From contig JAWLHY010000001.1 of assembly GCA_041690135.1 (NCBI GenBank), forward strand, positions 672,001-736,000: a stretch of DNA of 64,000 nt. The letters are read 5' to 3'. The position numbers and the translations under genes are program-made. Below are positions 9,792 to 21,083 of the stretch, piece by piece (positions within the stretch are counted from its first letter, which is position 1; each line of letters starts with the position of its first letter). Origin of the DNA: Armatimonadota bacterium. Lineage in GTDB: Bacteria > Armatimonadota > SYMT01. The notes below the pieces were generated by a model. It made no database searches, had not been told where the DNA came from, and saw nothing but the letters and a program-made list of their open reading frames with translations.

Positions 9792-10952
9792 GTGAGCTCC
9801 CTCGACGAAGCGCTCGCTCCCGAGCTGGAACGCCTGCAAGTGGGCACGCTTTACCGGCATGTGCGGCGCCTGGAACCCGCGGACGGGCCGCGGGCGGTGC
9901 TGGACGGGCGATCCGTGCTGATCTTCGGCTCGAACGACTACCTGGGACTCGCTCGCGAGCCACGGGTGGTGGATGCGGCCCGGAAGGCGGCGGCGGAGTG
10001 GGGGAGCGGCGCCACGGGCTCTCGGCTGACGACCGGCTGCTTCGGCCTGCACGCGGACCTGGAACAGGAGATCGCCGCACTCAAAGGCACGGAAGACGCC
10101 CTGCTGTTCGGCAGCGGCTATCTCGCCGCCGTCGGGACGATCCCGGCGCTGGCTGGCAAGGGAGATCTCATCCTTAGCGACGCGCTGAACCACGCGTGCC
10201 TGATCGACGGCTGCCGCCTGAGCCGCGCGGAGGTACGGGTCTACCGGCACGGCGATGCGGCGCACGCCCGCGAACTCCTGGCCGACGGAGCGAGCTTCCG
10301 CCGGCGGCTGCTGGTGACGGACGGGGTCTTCAGCATGGACGGCGACCTGGCACCCCTGGAGGCGCTCCAAGAGTTCTGCGAGGAGACGGATACCTGGCTG
10401 ATGGTCGACGATGCCCACGGGACCGGGGTGCTGGGAGCGACGGGAGCCGGAACCGCCGAGCACCTGGGCCTTTCCGGGCAGGTGCCGATCCAGATGGGGA
10501 CGCTGAGCAAGGCACTGGGTGCCGAGGGCGGGTTCATCGCGGGATCGCGGGTCCTGATCGACTATCTCCGCAACCGCGCCCGCAGCTTCATCTTCTCCAC
10601 GGCGCCTGTCCCCGCCACGGTCGCCGCCGCGCGCGCCGCGCTCCGGTTCGTCCGCGAAGAGCCCGAGCGGCACACGCGGCTGCGCGAGATCTCCCAGCGG
10701 ATGCGGCAAAGCCTCCGTGAGCTCGGTTTCCAGGTTCCATCGGGAGACACCCCCATTGTCCCGGTAATCGTCGGGGAGGCCTCTCGCGCGCTCCGCCTGG
10801 CGGAAGGCCTGGAAGAACGCGGGGTCTGGGTTCCGGCGATCCGTCCCCCTACCGTCCCCGAGGGAACTGCCCGTCTTCGGGTCAGCCTGAACGCCTCTCA
10901 CACCGACGCGGACCTCGAACGGGCCCTGGCGGCTTTTCACGCACTCCGATGA
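9792..10952 (+). CDS. bioF: 8-amino-7-oxononanoate synthase
   Basis: SNDYLGL, DGVFSMDGD, VDDAHG, GTLSKA, AIRPPTVP. Confidence 0.96.
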   Translation: MSSLDEALAPELERLQVGTLYRHVRRLEPADGPRAVLDGRSVLIFGSNDYLGLAREPRVVDAARKAAAEWGSGATGSRLTTGCFGLHADLEQEIAALKGTEDALLFGSGYLAAVGTIPALAGKGDLILSDALNHACLIDGCRLSRAEVRVYRHGDAAHARELLADGASFRRRLLVTDGVFSMDGDLAPLEALQEFCEETDTWLMVDDAHGTGVLGATGAGTAEHLGLSGQVPIQMGTLSKALGAEGGFIAGSRVLIDYLRNRARSFIFSTAPVPATVAAARAALRFVREEPERHTRLREISQRMRQSLRELGFQVPSGDTPIVPVIVGEASRALRLAEGLEERGVWVPAIRPPTVPEGTARLRVSLNASHTDADLERALAAFHALR

Positions 10953-11677
10953 ACTTGCAGACTCGCACCCCAGGAATCTTCATCACCGGCACGGACACGG
11001 GAGTCGGCAAGACGGTCATCACCGCGGCCCTCGCCGCCGCCCTCCGCCACCGGGGCATGGATGCCGGGGTGATGAAACCGATCCAGACCGGCTCCGAACG
11101 GACTGCCACCGGTCTTACCGCCCCCGATGGGGAATACCTCGTCCGGGTGTCCGGTGTTTCCGATCCTCTGGAACGGGTCTCTCCGTGCCGGTTCCGGGCT
11201 CCCCTGGCACCCCTTTCCGCGGCCCGGCTCGAAGAGCGCGAGGTGGACCTGGATGCCGTCCGCACCGCCTACGAGGAGCTCACGGCCCGCCATCCGTTGG
11301 TCCTGGTGGAAGGCGCGGGAGGCCTCGCCGTCCCGATCCGGGAGAGCTATCTGATGAGCGAACTGGCGTACGACCTGGGCCTTCCGTTGGTCGTGGTCGC
11401 GCGCCCCAGCCTTGGCACGATCAACCACTCCCTGTTGACGGTCCACTTTGCGCGGGCTGCGGGGCTGCGGGTGCTGGGGATCATCGTCAACAACTACCCG
11501 GCGGACCCGGGAGAAGCCGAGCGCACGAGCCCCGCCGTGATCGAGGAGTTTTCCGGAGTGCCGGTCCTGGGGATCGTTCCCGCCGTGCCCGATGCCGGTC
11601 CGGATGGGGATGAGGTGGTCGTAGATTTGCGGGAGCACGCTCTGGTCGATCGGCTTCTAAGGGTTTGGGGGAAGTAA
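10949..11677 (+). CDS. bioD: Dethiobiotin synthase
   Basis: GTDTGVGKT, KPIQTG, VEGAGG, LGTINH. Confidence 0.96.
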   Translation: MNLQTRTPGIFITGTDTGVGKTVITAALAAALRHRGMDAGVMKPIQTGSERTATGLTAPDGEYLVRVSGVSDPLERVSPCRFRAPLAPLSAARLEEREVDLDAVRTAYEELTARHPLVLVEGAGGLAVPIRESYLMSELAYDLGLPLVVVARPSLGTINHSLLTVHFARAAGLRVLGIIVNNYPADPGEAERTSPAVIEEFSGVPVLGIVPAVPDAGPDGDEVVVDLREHALVDRLLRVWGK

Positions 11678-11792
11678 CTGAACAGTTTTTGACCGCTCGG
11701 CACGAGCCTGATTCTCCACCCGGGTCAGCGAGCCTTGCCGGAGTGACGGCGCGGAATGGGTTCCGAGCTACAAATTCCGGCAAACGGCAGCC

Positions 11793-11941
11793 GTAGGGAA
11801 CGTCTCGCCGCAGCGTTCCGCTCGGGTTGGATCTGATCCCGTTGGGCCAAGTCATGGCGGCGCCGGCTTCGGTCCGGTTCGATTTGGCCCAACGGGATCA
11901 ACTTTGGTGCCTGCGGAATGGAACGGCGTCACATTCCCTAC
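11793..11941. repeat. Nested inverted-repeat element (GTAG-REP doublet / REPIN-like)
   Basis: Outer arms GTAGGGAACG (11793) and CATTCCCTAC (11932-11941); inner perfect 17-bp arms TGATCCCGTTGGGCCAA (11834-11850) and TTGGCCCAACGGGATCA (11884-11900). Confidence 0.75.
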
Positions 11942-12073
11942 CATCCAGGGGTTCGCCTGACGCGGCACGAGCCTGTGGCATCTCCTATCTCGAAAGCTCG
12001 CCTTCGATAGGCGCGGCCGAAGGCGTTAGAGGCAGTACGGGTGCGGGTCCAGAACCTCCCGTAGTGCATTCCG

Positions 12074-12670
12074 GGTGCGGGGGCGTGATCCTGGTCGGGG
12101 ACAGCGACCGCGACCCTACGGAACCAGAACGGTTACCGTGGTGCAGAACGGGTGCGAGTGCGTGATTCTGGTCGGGGACAGCCCTGCCTCCGTCGGGTGT
12201 ACGACGCGGCCCTACCTGACGACCACCGGAGTACGTTCCCGGTGCGAAGACAGGGGCATTGTGGCTTCACGGGCGGGCGGGATGCCCACCCCACCCTGGT
12301 CACCCGGCGGCTGCCGTGGCGGGCGAGACGCCCGCGCCACTTTGGTCACCCGGCGGCTGCTGTGGCGGGCGGGCCACCTGCGCCACTCACCACGCACCAA
12401 TCACCCACCCTGGAGCGTAGCTCCAGGCGAGGCGGGGAAGCATACGGATCCGCAGTTGGCCGGCTCCGGTTTCCTGGGTGGCTACGGTCTTGCACACACC
12501 CATCTTTTCAGGACAGGGCAACCAGAGCCGATGCCCCTTCGGATTGGGTCCGCCAGACGGGTGCCGATCGTAGAGTCGCCCGTCCCACTCCGCCACCACC
12601 CCTCACCACTAATCCACTACTCCACCACTCACGACTCACGACTTCTGGCGGGCGAGACGCCCGCGCTCCT
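12074..12670. repeat. Cluster of REP-like palindromes and direct repeats
   Basis: Two GCGTGATYCTGGTCGGGGACAGC units; tandem ~46-bp units TGGTCACCCGGCGGCTG..GTGGCGGGCG..GCGCCACT (12297-12388); GCGGGCGAGACGCCCGC hairpins near 12319 and 12648; CCACTCA-type heptamer tract. Confidence 0.75.
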
Positions 12671-12699
12671 TCCCCTCACCCCTCGCCAATCCCCACAGG

Positions 12700-14217
<1,518 letters not shown>

Positions 14218-14352
14218 GGTGGTTTTTGGATCGGGAAAGGACTGGGGACCGGTTGGAGGCATTATAGCAGCCAGCGACGGTCCACAGGCAGGGAATGCCC
14301 CTTCCGGCGCCCAATCTGGGCGGGGGCGTAGATCTGATAACGGGATTTTTGA

Positions 14353-16323
14353 ATGAGCGTTGTTGATACCATCTTAACTTCCGACCGGGCCGAGGTGTAT
14401 GAAATCCGGACGCGAGCGCCAGGGCCGGCCGGCCGGCTGCCGCTGACGCCGGACATGTTGATCAACCGGCCCAGCGGGGACGTGTTCGGCCTTACCCAGA
14501 ATGCCGGCATGGGTTGGGAGCCGAGTGAGCTGGATCGCGACCAGTACCTGATCCTGAGCACCCAGGGCGGGATCCGCGCCCCCGACGGGCGCCCGATCGC
14601 GCTGGGCTACCACACGGGCCACTGGGAAGTCGGGCTGCTGATGCAGGCGGCCGCCCACGAATTGCGGCGGCTGGGCACCCTTCCGTTCGCCGGCTTCGTG
14701 TCGGATCCATGCGATGGGCGGACGCAGGGCACGACCGGGATGTTCGACAGCCTGGCCTACCGGAACGACGCTGCCACGGTGTTCCGGCGCCTGATCCGCT
14801 CGCTGCCCACGCGGGTGGGGGTGATGGGGGTGGCGACGTGCGACAAAGGCTTGCCGGCGATGATGCTGGCGCTGGCCGCAATGCGCGATCTGCCCTGCAT
14901 CCTGGTACCGGGCGGCGTGACGTTGCCCGCGGAGAACGCGGAAGATGCCGGGAAGGTGCAGTCGATCGGCGCGCGCTACGCCCACGGCGTGATCTCCCTG
15001 GAAGAAGCGCAGGATCTGGGCTGCCGCGCCTGTGGGACTCCCGGAGGCGGGTGCCAGTTCCTGGGGACCGCCGGCACGTCCCAGGTGATTGCCGAGGCAC
15101 TGGGGCTCTGCTTGCCGCACGCGGCCCTGGCCCCCTCGGGACAGCCGGTATGGACGGATGCCGCCGTGCGCTCGGCGCGGGCCCTGACCCGCATGGCCGC
15201 GGAAGGGCGCACGATGAAAGACATCCTCACGCCGGCCGCAGTCCGCAACGCGATGATCGTCCACGCCGCAGTGGGGGGCTCGACCAACCTGCTGCTGCAC
15301 CTGCCGGCCGTGGCCCACGCCGCGGGACTGGAGCGCCCTTCGTCCAAAGAGTGGGAGGAGATCAACCACCTCGTGCCGCGGCTGGTCGATGTGCTGCCGA
15401 ACGGCCCTATGGGTCATCCGACGGTCCGCTTCTTCCTGGCCGGCGGCGTGCCGGAAGTGATGCTCCACCTCCGCCGCATGGGGCTCCTCGACACGGACGT
15501 CCTCACCGTTTCCGGCGAAACGCTGGGCAACGTGCTCGACTGGTGGGAGGGCTCGGAGCGACGGACGCGGCTGCGCGAGATCCTGCAGGAGCGAGACGGC
15601 GTCGATCCGGACGATGTAATTATGGCGCCCGACGTGGCGCGAGACCGGGGGCTGACGAGCACCGTTACCTTCCCACGGGGCAACCTCGCTCCGGAAGGCT
15701 CGGTGATCAAGAGCACCGCTATCGATCCGACCGTGGTCGGCGCGGATGGCGTCTACCGCCACGAGGGGCCGGCACGGGTTTTCACTCGCGAGGCGGATGC
15801 CATCGCCGCGGTGAAGAACGGCGGCATCCAGGCTGGCGACGTGATGGTCCTGATCTGCCGCGGTCCCCTGGGTACCGGCATGGAGGAAGTCTTCCAGCTT
15901 ACCTCCGCGCTCCGCTACCTTCCGTTCGGCAAGCAGGTGGCGTTGATCACGGACGCCCGGTTCTCCGGGGTTTCCACCGGCGCCTGCATTGGGCATGTGG
16001 GACCGGAAGCCCTGGCGGGCGGCCCCATCGGCAAGGTGCGCGACGGCGATATCGTGCGGGTGGTGGTCGACCGAAACCGGCTGGAGGGCAGCATCGATCT
16101 CGTGGGGGAGGGCAAGCGTCGCTTCTCGCCGGAAGAAGGGGCGCAGATCCTGGCGGCGCGCACACCGCGCGAGGATCTGGCGCCGGACCCCTACCTGCCG
16201 GACGACACGCGCCTGTGGGCCGCGCTCCAGCAGGTGGGCGGCGGCACCTGGGGCGGTTGTGTCTACGACGTGGAAGCGATTCTGGAAGTGCTGGAAGCCG
16301 GGCGGAAGGCCCTCGGTCGGTAG
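14353..16323 (+). CDS. yagF: YjhG/YagF family D-xylonate dehydratase (IlvD/Edd family)
   Basis: [57 protein letters not shown]-like C-terminus. Confidence 0.88.
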   Translation: MSVVDTILTSDRAEVYEIRTRAPGPAGRLPLTPDMLINRPSGDVFGLTQNAGMGWEPSELDRDQYLILSTQGGIRAPDGRPIALGYHTGHWEVGLLMQAAAHELRRLGTLPFAGFVSDPCDGRTQGTTGMFDSLAYRNDAATVFRRLIRSLPTRVGVMGVATCDKGLPAMMLALAAMRDLPCILVPGGVTLPAENAEDAGKVQSIGARYAHGVISLEEAQDLGCRACGTPGGGCQFLGTAGTSQVIAEALGLCLPHAALAPSGQPVWTDAAVRSARALTRMAAEGRTMKDILTPAAVRNAMIVHAAVGGSTNLLLHLPAVAHAAGLERPSSKEWEEINHLVPRLVDVLPNGPMGHPTVRFFLAGGVPEVMLHLRRMGLLDTDVLTVSGETLGNVLDWWEGSERRTRLREILQERDGVDPDDVIMAPDVARDRGLTSTVTFPRGNLAPEGSVIKSTAIDPTVVGADGVYRHEGPARVFTREADAIAAVKNGGIQAGDVMVLICRGPLGTGMEEVFQLTSALRYLPFGKQVALITDARFSGVSTGACIGHVGPEALAGGPIGKVRDGDIVRVVVDRNRLEGSIDLVGEGKRRFSPEEGAQILAARTPREDLAPDPYLPDDTRLWAALQQVGGGTWGGCVYDVEAILEVLEAGRKALGR

Positions 16324-16344
16324 TGCCGGCACCGCGATTGTGAA

Positions 16345-16396
16345 CAGGCGACTGAAGTCGCAAGCTGAAAAGGCACTAAGTCGGCCTGCGCCGACT
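16345..16396. repeat. REP-like hairpin pair (GCGACTGAAGTCGC; AAGTCGGCCTGCGCCGACTT)
   Basis: Two short imperfect palindromes in the intergenic region. Confidence 0.55.
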
Positions 16397-16470
16397 TGCG
16401 AAACACCCTGTCGCCGACGCTCTCGCGGCCATGGCGAAGGGAACTGAGCTCCAGTTATCGAGGGGGACCG

Positions 16471-17007
16471 ATGATGAACACCGAATACCTGGTTCTGACC
16501 GCGGTCGGCACCGACCGCCCTGGCATCGTGGCCGAAATCACCGAACTCGTGGCGGAGAAGGGCGCCAACGTGGCGGATAGCCGCATGGCGTTGCTGGGCG
16601 GCGAGTTCGCCCTGATGATGCTTCTCGCCGGAGAGGCGGACACGCTCTCCGGTCTGCGGAACGCGCTGGGACAGACCGCCGAGCGGCTCGGCTTGCAGGT
16701 GATCTTCAAGGAGACCGGAAGCCCCGCGACGCACCGGGCCGGTGGTGTACGCTCCTATCGGATCGACGTCCACGCGCTGGACCATCCCGGCATCGTGCAC
16801 GCGGTCACCGCCCGGCTGCGGGCACTGGGCGGCAACATCGTCTCCCTGGAGACCAGCGCCTACCAGGCGTCGGTCACCGGGACACCGCTCTTCTGCATGG
16901 AGCTCCAGGCCGACTTTCCCGGCGAGGTGGGCGCGGCCCGCCTGCGCGAGGCCCTGGACGAGGTGGGTGAAACGGCGAACGCCGATGTGGACGTCCGGCC
17001 GGCATAA
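16471..17007 (+). CDS. Tandem ACT-domain protein, glycine cleavage system repressor GcvR-like
   Basis: LTAVGTDRPGIV, NVADSRMALLGGEFA, DHPGIV. Confidence 0.85.
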   Translation: MMNTEYLVLTAVGTDRPGIVAEITELVAEKGANVADSRMALLGGEFALMMLLAGEADTLSGLRNALGQTAERLGLQVIFKETGSPATHRAGGVRSYRIDVHALDHPGIVHAVTARLRALGGNIVSLETSAYQASVTGTPLFCMELQADFPGEVGAARLREALDEVGETANADVDVRPA

Positions 17008-17100
17008 CGAGACCGGCAGTCGTATGGATTGGGGGGGACGCAGTGCTGCCCCGACGCAAAGAGGTGCGTGTGCGCGGACATTAGCGCGCGCCCCGTATCG

Positions 17101-17142
17101 CCCTCACCCCCTTCCCCCTCTCCCACGCTGCGGGAGAGGGGG
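17101..17142. repeat. CCCTCACCCC...CCTCTCCC/GGGAGAGG REP-like hairpin
   Basis: ccccctctcccacgctgcgggagaggggg stem-loop between convergent genes. Confidence 0.55.
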
Positions 17143-17198
17143 TGTCCGTGCCAGTACGGGGCAAGAATTCTGTTTGGTGGAAGCCGTCACCTCAGCGC

Positions 17199-17876
17199 CT
17201 ACTGGCAAAGCAATGCCCCTAGTCGCCGCGTTTGGTCGCGGCGCCGTGTGTAGAGGGACTCCGTCGCCTCGTGCACGAGGTCGAGGACCTCGGGTTCGGC
17301 CAACTCGGGGGAGCCGGCGCGGAAGGGTGGCTGGGGGTTGTACTCCAACTGGAGCTGGATTGCCTGGGCAGCCTGGTCCCCGGCGATGTGGGCTGCGAGG
17401 AAGAGCCCCATGTCGATGCCGGCGCACACGCCCCCGGCGGTGATGCGGCTGCGGTCCAGCACCACCCGGTTACGGACCGGCTGGGCTCCCAGGTCTCGCA
17501 GGCAGTCCAGATAACGCCAGTGAGTGGTGGCGCGATAGCCCTTGAGCAGGCCCGCCGCGCCGAGCAGCAGGGACCCGGTGCAAACGGCGGCCAGCCAGCG
17601 CGCCGTCTCCGCCTGCTGGCGGAGAAATGCCAGAAACAGAGGGTCCTCCATCCGGTCGATCTGCCCGGGGCCGCCCGGCACGAGCACGGCGTCAAAGGCC
17701 GGGGCTTCCGTCCAACCATACTCGGCGTGGAGACCGAGGCCGTGCTGGGCGCGGATGGAGCCCGCTGCCGGGCCTACAGTGGTAACCGTGACCTCCGGCA
17801 CCCGCGCCAGGACCTCAAACGGCCCTACGGCGTCCAGCGCCGTTACATCGGGAAACAACACCAATCCGATCCGCAC
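17199..17876 (-). CDS. DJ-1/PfpI family protein (isonitrile hydratase InhA-like)
   Basis: LDAVGPFEVL, VPGG, VCTGSLLLGAAGLL, ATTHW, QLEYNPQPPF. Confidence 0.92.
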   Translation of the reverse strand: MRIGLVLFPDVTALDAVGPFEVLARVPEVTVTTVGPAAGSIRAQHGLGLHAEYGWTEAPAFDAVLVPGGPGQIDRMEDPLFLAFLRQQAETARWLAAVCTGSLLLGAAGLLKGYRATTHWRYLDCLRDLGAQPVRNRVVLDRSRITAGGVCAGIDMGLFLAAHIAGDQAAQAIQLQLEYNPQPPFRAGSPELAEPEVLDLVHEATESLYTRRRDQTRRLGALLCQ

Positions 17877-17908
17877 TGCTCACTGCCCTCCTACCGCTAG
17901 ACTGCGCG

Positions 17909-20098
17909 CTAGTGTGCCACGCCGGACGGTTCGGCGTCAATGGCCCCTTCAAGGGCTCCGCGCAGCACCGGAAGCGTTCCCACCCGTACATAGGGTCGGT
18001 CCTGACCGCGAGCGCGCATCAACTCGTCTCCGGCCAATACGCCGACCCAAAGGTGCAACTCTTTACCCCACTGAGCGGGGGGCACGTAGACCTCGAACTC
18101 TTCCAGTAGTCCGTGGGGAAGCTGCGCGCGTTTCTTCGCGCCGCGGACCTGTCCCAGGTGGTGGTTGTTGTGGAACTCGGGTACGCCGTCGGGGCGGGTT
18201 GGGTAATTGCCCTCGGCATCGGCAAAGAGGACGCGGGCCACGGCCGACTTGCCTAGTTCGGGATCGTTGACACGCCAGAGGTACTTCAGGCGGTACCACG
18301 GCACTCCGTCGCGTACTTCCGCCGCCACGTCATACGCCAGCAACTCCAATCCCGGCGGATCCTTGCGCGGGCCGTCGTGAGGATCGAAAGCCGCGGCGGG
18401 CTGGCTGTCTTCGTTTAACTCCACCTCCCGGGAAGGCGGCGTCTTGCGCAGTTCGAAGAACGGCACGTTCGTGGTGGTCACGTGGGCGTACTGGTCGAGG
18501 ATCCCCTTCATCCACGGCTCTTCGAGCGTATCGTCCGGCGCCAGAACATAAAGGGGACGGTGCCCGTAGTTGTCCGCGACGATCTGCGTGAGCAGGCAAT
18601 TGTCGGTGTGGAATCCTCGCGGGGCTCGCAGGTAGCAGTCCGGGGGGTTGACCCGCAACCCCTCCGCCTTCAAACGCGTGGTGAGGCGCAGTCGCTCCGG
18701 AAGAAGCGCGTTGTAGATACTGACGATGGTAACGTCGGTGCGGCGGCGCTCGACGTACCGGACATAGAGGAGGGGGAAGTAGGGATTATCGCCTGCGGCG
18801 ATCAGCACGGCGTTCGGCTTCAAGGCCTGAAGCGCCGCCCGGGCGTAGGTGTGGGCGGTCCAGTCCTGGCTCTTGTCATTGGCGGCCCAATTGCTGGCAA
18901 GCGAGGAGCCGGGCAGCATCAGCAGCGCGGCGGATAGCGCCAGCCCCAGGGTTTTCCGGCGGGAAGGCGCGACCTGCACGCGTTTCCAGAGGAGCGCCAA
19001 CCACACCCCCACGAGGCGGAGCCCGTAGCCGATCCAGAGAGCCACCACCAGGTGTGAAACGAGGTAGTAGACCTCGATGTCGTAGATGTCGTAGTTGATC
19101 GAGTAGAGCACGTTCACCGCATACACCAGCGCGGTGACGGCCAGCCAGCGCGGGCGCCGGCGCAGCATGCTCAAGGCGCCGAGCAGTCCCAGGGCGAGGA
19201 GAGCCGGGGGGAACTGGGTGAGCAAGAACCCCGGGTTCTCCGCGGTCGGCGCCGCCGCGTACTTGCCGAACTGCGTGGCGAGCTCCGCCAGGTCCTTGCT
19301 GAACATGTTCGTGCGGTACTGGCGCCCGCTCACGTGGTCCAGGAAGTTCTGCCAGGTGCGGGGGTCGCCCCAGTTAGCGGGTGGATCCCGGTGGGCGGCC
19401 CAGGGGAGGTAGAGATAAAGCAGGAGGGGCAGCAGGAACAGCGGCAAGGTCCAGAACAACTGCCGTGCGAACGCGCCGCGGTGCTTCGACGTGGCGGCCA
19501 GCACCACCAGGGCCGGCGCCACCAGCACGCTCATCAGGTGATGCGTGAAGGATAGCCCGTACACCAATGCCGTGACGGCGAGCCACCGCCGGGAGCCGGT
19601 GCGATCCCACTCCAGCACGGCCAGCAAGGTAGCGGCAGTGAGCAGCAGGTGAAAGGCATAGACTTCCGCGATGACCGCCTGGCTCCAGAACGTTCGGCTA
19701 AAGGCGAAAAGGAGGGCGGCAGCCAACGCGGCAGGCCGCGAGCGGGTCAGGCGGAAAGCGACCAGGAAGAGGAGTGCGACTGCCGCCGCGGCCGAGAGCG
19801 CGGAGAGCAGGTTCATCCGGTAGGCTATTGACCCGAACGGGAAGCAGCGCAAGAACGCGTGGCCCAGAAGCATGTAGGTCGGGTAGCCGGTGGGGTGGGG
19901 CACTCCCGCGAAGTAAGCGGCCGTGGTCAGCTCCGGGCTATCCCCCCAGGCAATCGAAACGCACAGCGTGCGGACATAAACCGCCAGCGACAGGAGGCCG
20001 AGCAGGGCCGCCATCACCCCGGGCCGGCGGAACCAGGAAAGGCCCTGCCGCGAGAACTGTGGGGCGTACTTCCGGGGGACTGTCTCAGCTTCGCTCAC
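17909..20098 (-). CDS. DUF2723 / TMEM260-like membrane glycosyltransferase (protein O-mannosyltransferase-like)
   Basis: GDSPEL, GVPHPTGYP, FWSQAVIAEVY, YLYLP, GDNPYFP; many transmembrane segments. Confidence 0.88.
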   Translation of the reverse strand: MSEAETVPRKYAPQFSRQGLSWFRRPGVMAALLGLLSLAVYVRTLCVSIAWGDSPELTTAAYFAGVPHPTGYPTYMLLGHAFLRCFPFGSIAYRMNLLSALSAAAAVALLFLVAFRLTRSRPAALAAALLFAFSRTFWSQAVIAEVYAFHLLLTAATLLAVLEWDRTGSRRWLAVTALVYGLSFTHHLMSVLVAPALVVLAATSKHRGAFARQLFWTLPLFLLPLLLYLYLPWAAHRDPPANWGDPRTWQNFLDHVSGRQYRTNMFSKDLAELATQFGKYAAAPTAENPGFLLTQFPPALLALGLLGALSMLRRRPRWLAVTALVYAVNVLYSINYDIYDIEVYYLVSHLVVALWIGYGLRLVGVWLALLWKRVQVAPSRRKTLGLALSAALLMLPGSSLASNWAANDKSQDWTAHTYARAALQALKPNAVLIAAGDNPYFPLLYVRYVERRRTDVTIVSIYNALLPERLRLTTRLKAEGLRVNPPDCYLRAPRGFHTDNCLLTQIVADNYGHRPLYVLAPDDTLEEPWMKGILDQYAHVTTTNVPFFELRKTPPSREVELNEDSQPAAAFDPHDGPRKDPPGLELLAYDVAAEVRDGVPWYRLKYLWRVNDPELGKSAVARVLFADAEGNYPTRPDGVPEFHNNHHLGQVRGAKKRAQLPHGLLEEFEVYVPPAQWGKELHLWVGVLAGDELMRARGQDRPYVRVGTLPVLRGALEGAIDAEPSGVAH

Positions 20099-20271
20099 GC
20101 TTCATCCTTCCGGTGGAAGCAGAGGCTCGAGTCGGTCCATCGAGGCACTCCCACCAGGAAGAGTATCGGCGAGTCCGCGCCCACGGATAGGGTAACCGCC
20201 CCCTGATCCTCACTCGCGCGGGGGCAGCACGCTCCAGGTGGGCTATAATTCCGAACAATGAGGGACACGCC

Positions 20272-21060
20272 GTGGAGTTGATCAACTGGCCCTGGTTGGA
20301 GGATCTCCTCGTCCGCGCTTGCGACGCCGAAATTCGCGCGTTCGGACAGACCCATCCCCAGGAGCGCTTTTTCGCTTTCGCACTCGAGTTCGACGGCCTG
20401 ACGGGAACGCTCCATCTTTCCTACGGGACGCGGGAGGCCGTCGAGGCCGCCGTGGCCTCGCTTCCCCCCACGGACGCCGAGGCGATGGCCTGTTACCGCG
20501 CGATCGAGCTCCGTCCCGAGAACTGGGAGCACCGCTGTCGCCCGGTGCTCGACCCGACCGGCTCGTGGGACGCGGCGGAGCGGATCCTGGAGAAGTTCCG
20601 GGCGAACGTCTCCGGCGACCGCCAGGCCGACTTGCTGGCGGACCTGGATCCCGAAGCGGACGAGAAGGCTGGGGAAGTCGCCGAGTTTTACTGGCTGCGG
20701 TTCGAATTCCTGGCCGAGTGCGTGGTGCGTCGGCTCCATGAAAAGGATTCCTTCAACACGCTGAACCGCGAGACCGAGTTTCTTGCGTATGCGTGTAATG
20801 AGCACGAGTACCTGGAAGAGCTGGAGGACCGGCTCCAGAAGCACTATCCGCGCTATCGACGGGCGACGGCCGAGTGGGTAGCGCATCCCCGGTTCGGGCT
20901 TCCCTCCTTTCAGGGTTGCCGGGGCGAAGGGTGCCACGCTCCGCGTGGCTCGCGGGACCTGCAGCGGTGCACGTGCTGTCACCGCTGGTACTGCGAGGCG
21001 TGCCGGTCCAGCCATCGGCATCCCGAACTCGCCCACCGCTTGTCCCTTTTCATCGATTGA
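20272..21060 (+). CDS. DUF4303-like protein with C-terminal Cys/His zinc finger
   Basis: HPQERFFAFAL N-terminal motif; C-terminal CRGEGC...CTCC...CEAC...HRH; upstream TATAAT and GAGG. Confidence 0.6.
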   Translation: MELINWPWLEDLLVRACDAEIRAFGQTHPQERFFAFALEFDGLTGTLHLSYGTREAVEAAVASLPPTDAEAMACYRAIELRPENWEHRCRPVLDPTGSWDAAERILEKFRANVSGDRQADLLADLDPEADEKAGEVAEFYWLRFEFLAECVVRRLHEKDSFNTLNRETEFLAYACNEHEYLEELEDRLQKHYPRYRRATAEWVAHPRFGLPSFQGCRGEGCHAPRGSRDLQRCTCCHRWYCEACRSSHRHPELAHRLSLFID

Positions 21061-21083
21061 TCACGCACCCGGGAGACGGAAGC

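Noticed and set aside
12074-12390. Direct repeats as a possible CRISPR array
   Set aside because: Only two degenerate copies per unit, no regular unique spacers, no cas genes.
14374-16800. 808-aa minus-strand ORF and similar long antisense ORFs (e.g. 9489-10940, 12835-14331, 24449-26155, 56510-57934)
   Set aside because: Shadows of well-supported genes on the opposite strand, common at high GC; no recognisable motifs.
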